From an uncultured Christensenellaceae bacterium (GTDB lineage: Bacteria > Bacillota > Clostridia > Christensenellales > CAG-1252), in contig CAYTUT010000002.1 in NCBI GenBank assembly GCA_964441295.1, positions 1-33,473 on the forward strand: a stretch of 33,473 nt of DNA. Direction: 5' to 3'. Positions 33,304 through 33,473 of the stretch are shown here, piece by piece. The number at the start of each line of letters is the position of its first letter. Position 1 is the stretch's first letter. The position numbers and the translations under genes were made by a program. The notes under the pieces are model-generated. The model did not search any database, was not told where the DNA came from, and saw only the letters and a list, made by a program, of their open reading frames with translations.

Positions 33304-33473
33304 CCAATTGCGGACTTTCTATTATCGCGATACTAAAAATCTTATCTTGCTGCATCCCTCTTGTCAAAGCCCTTTTCTGCTGTGCAATTCTCTGTTTGTT
33401 CGCTCCGGCGCTGTGGCTTGCATCGAAAAACACTTCCTATAGTATGCGCAAAAATTTTGCTTTCAAAAAGTTG

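Noticed and set aside
32960-33433. The full 157-aa version of the ArsR ORF.
   Set aside because: - The N-terminal 64 codons contain an exact consensus promoter, a perfect palindromic operator and the RBS for the internal ATG.
- ArsR/SmtB proteins are about 90-120 aa.
1-33473. Mobile elements, CRISPR arrays, tRNA/rRNA genes, or long direct or inverted repeats marking an island.
   Set aside because: - No transposase, integrase or phage-like ORF is present, and there is no array of short spaced repeats.
- No intergenic region has a tRNA-like cloverleaf; the largest spacers are 299 bp and 236 bp.
- This was checked only by eye. tRNAscan, Infernal and a self-dot-plot would confirm it.

Overview
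This 33.5-kb window looks like ordinary chromosome from a low-to-mid-GC Firmicutes/Clostridia-type anaerobe. That call rests on codon usage, GGAGG-type RBSs and sigma-A-like TTGACA/TATAAT promoters; GC was judged by eye, not computed. I found no rRNA, tRNA, CRISPR array, transposase, integrase or phage gene. I support 28 protein-coding genes, 23 of them on the minus strand.

Modules from left to right:
1. A LarA-family nickel-pincer racemase/epimerase (partial, runs off the window start), translationally coupled to an alpha/beta hydrolase.
2. An eight-gene minus-strand operon: uxaC, uxuA, SDR-type uxuB, Gfo/Idh/MocA, TIM-barrel, Gfo/Idh/MocA, GPH transporter, TIM-barrel. A divergent AraC regulator sits upstream. 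This is the most interesting locus. It imports a glycoside or hexuronide and feeds the glucuronate branch, yet contains no glycoside hydrolase. It instead carries two dehydrogenase + xylose-isomerase-like pairs, the hallmark of oxidative (3-keto) glycoside cleavage or of a Thermotoga-type inositol-to-hexuronate route.
3. A GNAT acetyltransferase and a membrane-anchored XRE regulator.
4. nadA-nadB-nadC.
5. An RlmI-like methyltransferase, a secreted EEP-family enzyme and a DUF2804 protein.
6. A divergent DUF5054 (GH38-like) protein, an SGNH lipoprotein and a further lipoprotein.
7. A c-di-GMP module: a Cache-like/3xPAS/GGDEF/HD-GYP sensor convergent with, and overlapping by 16 bp, an orphan BcsA-like GT2-PilZ synthase.
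8. A B12-binding radical SAM (DUF4080-type) protein.
9. An ArsR, UPF0718/ArsP-like permease and thioredoxin-like operon, with a textbook promoter and a perfect 16-bp palindromic operator.

Several ORF-track starts are over-extended, and I corrected them using RBS and promoter positions. All family assignments come from motif recognition by eye; no database search was run.
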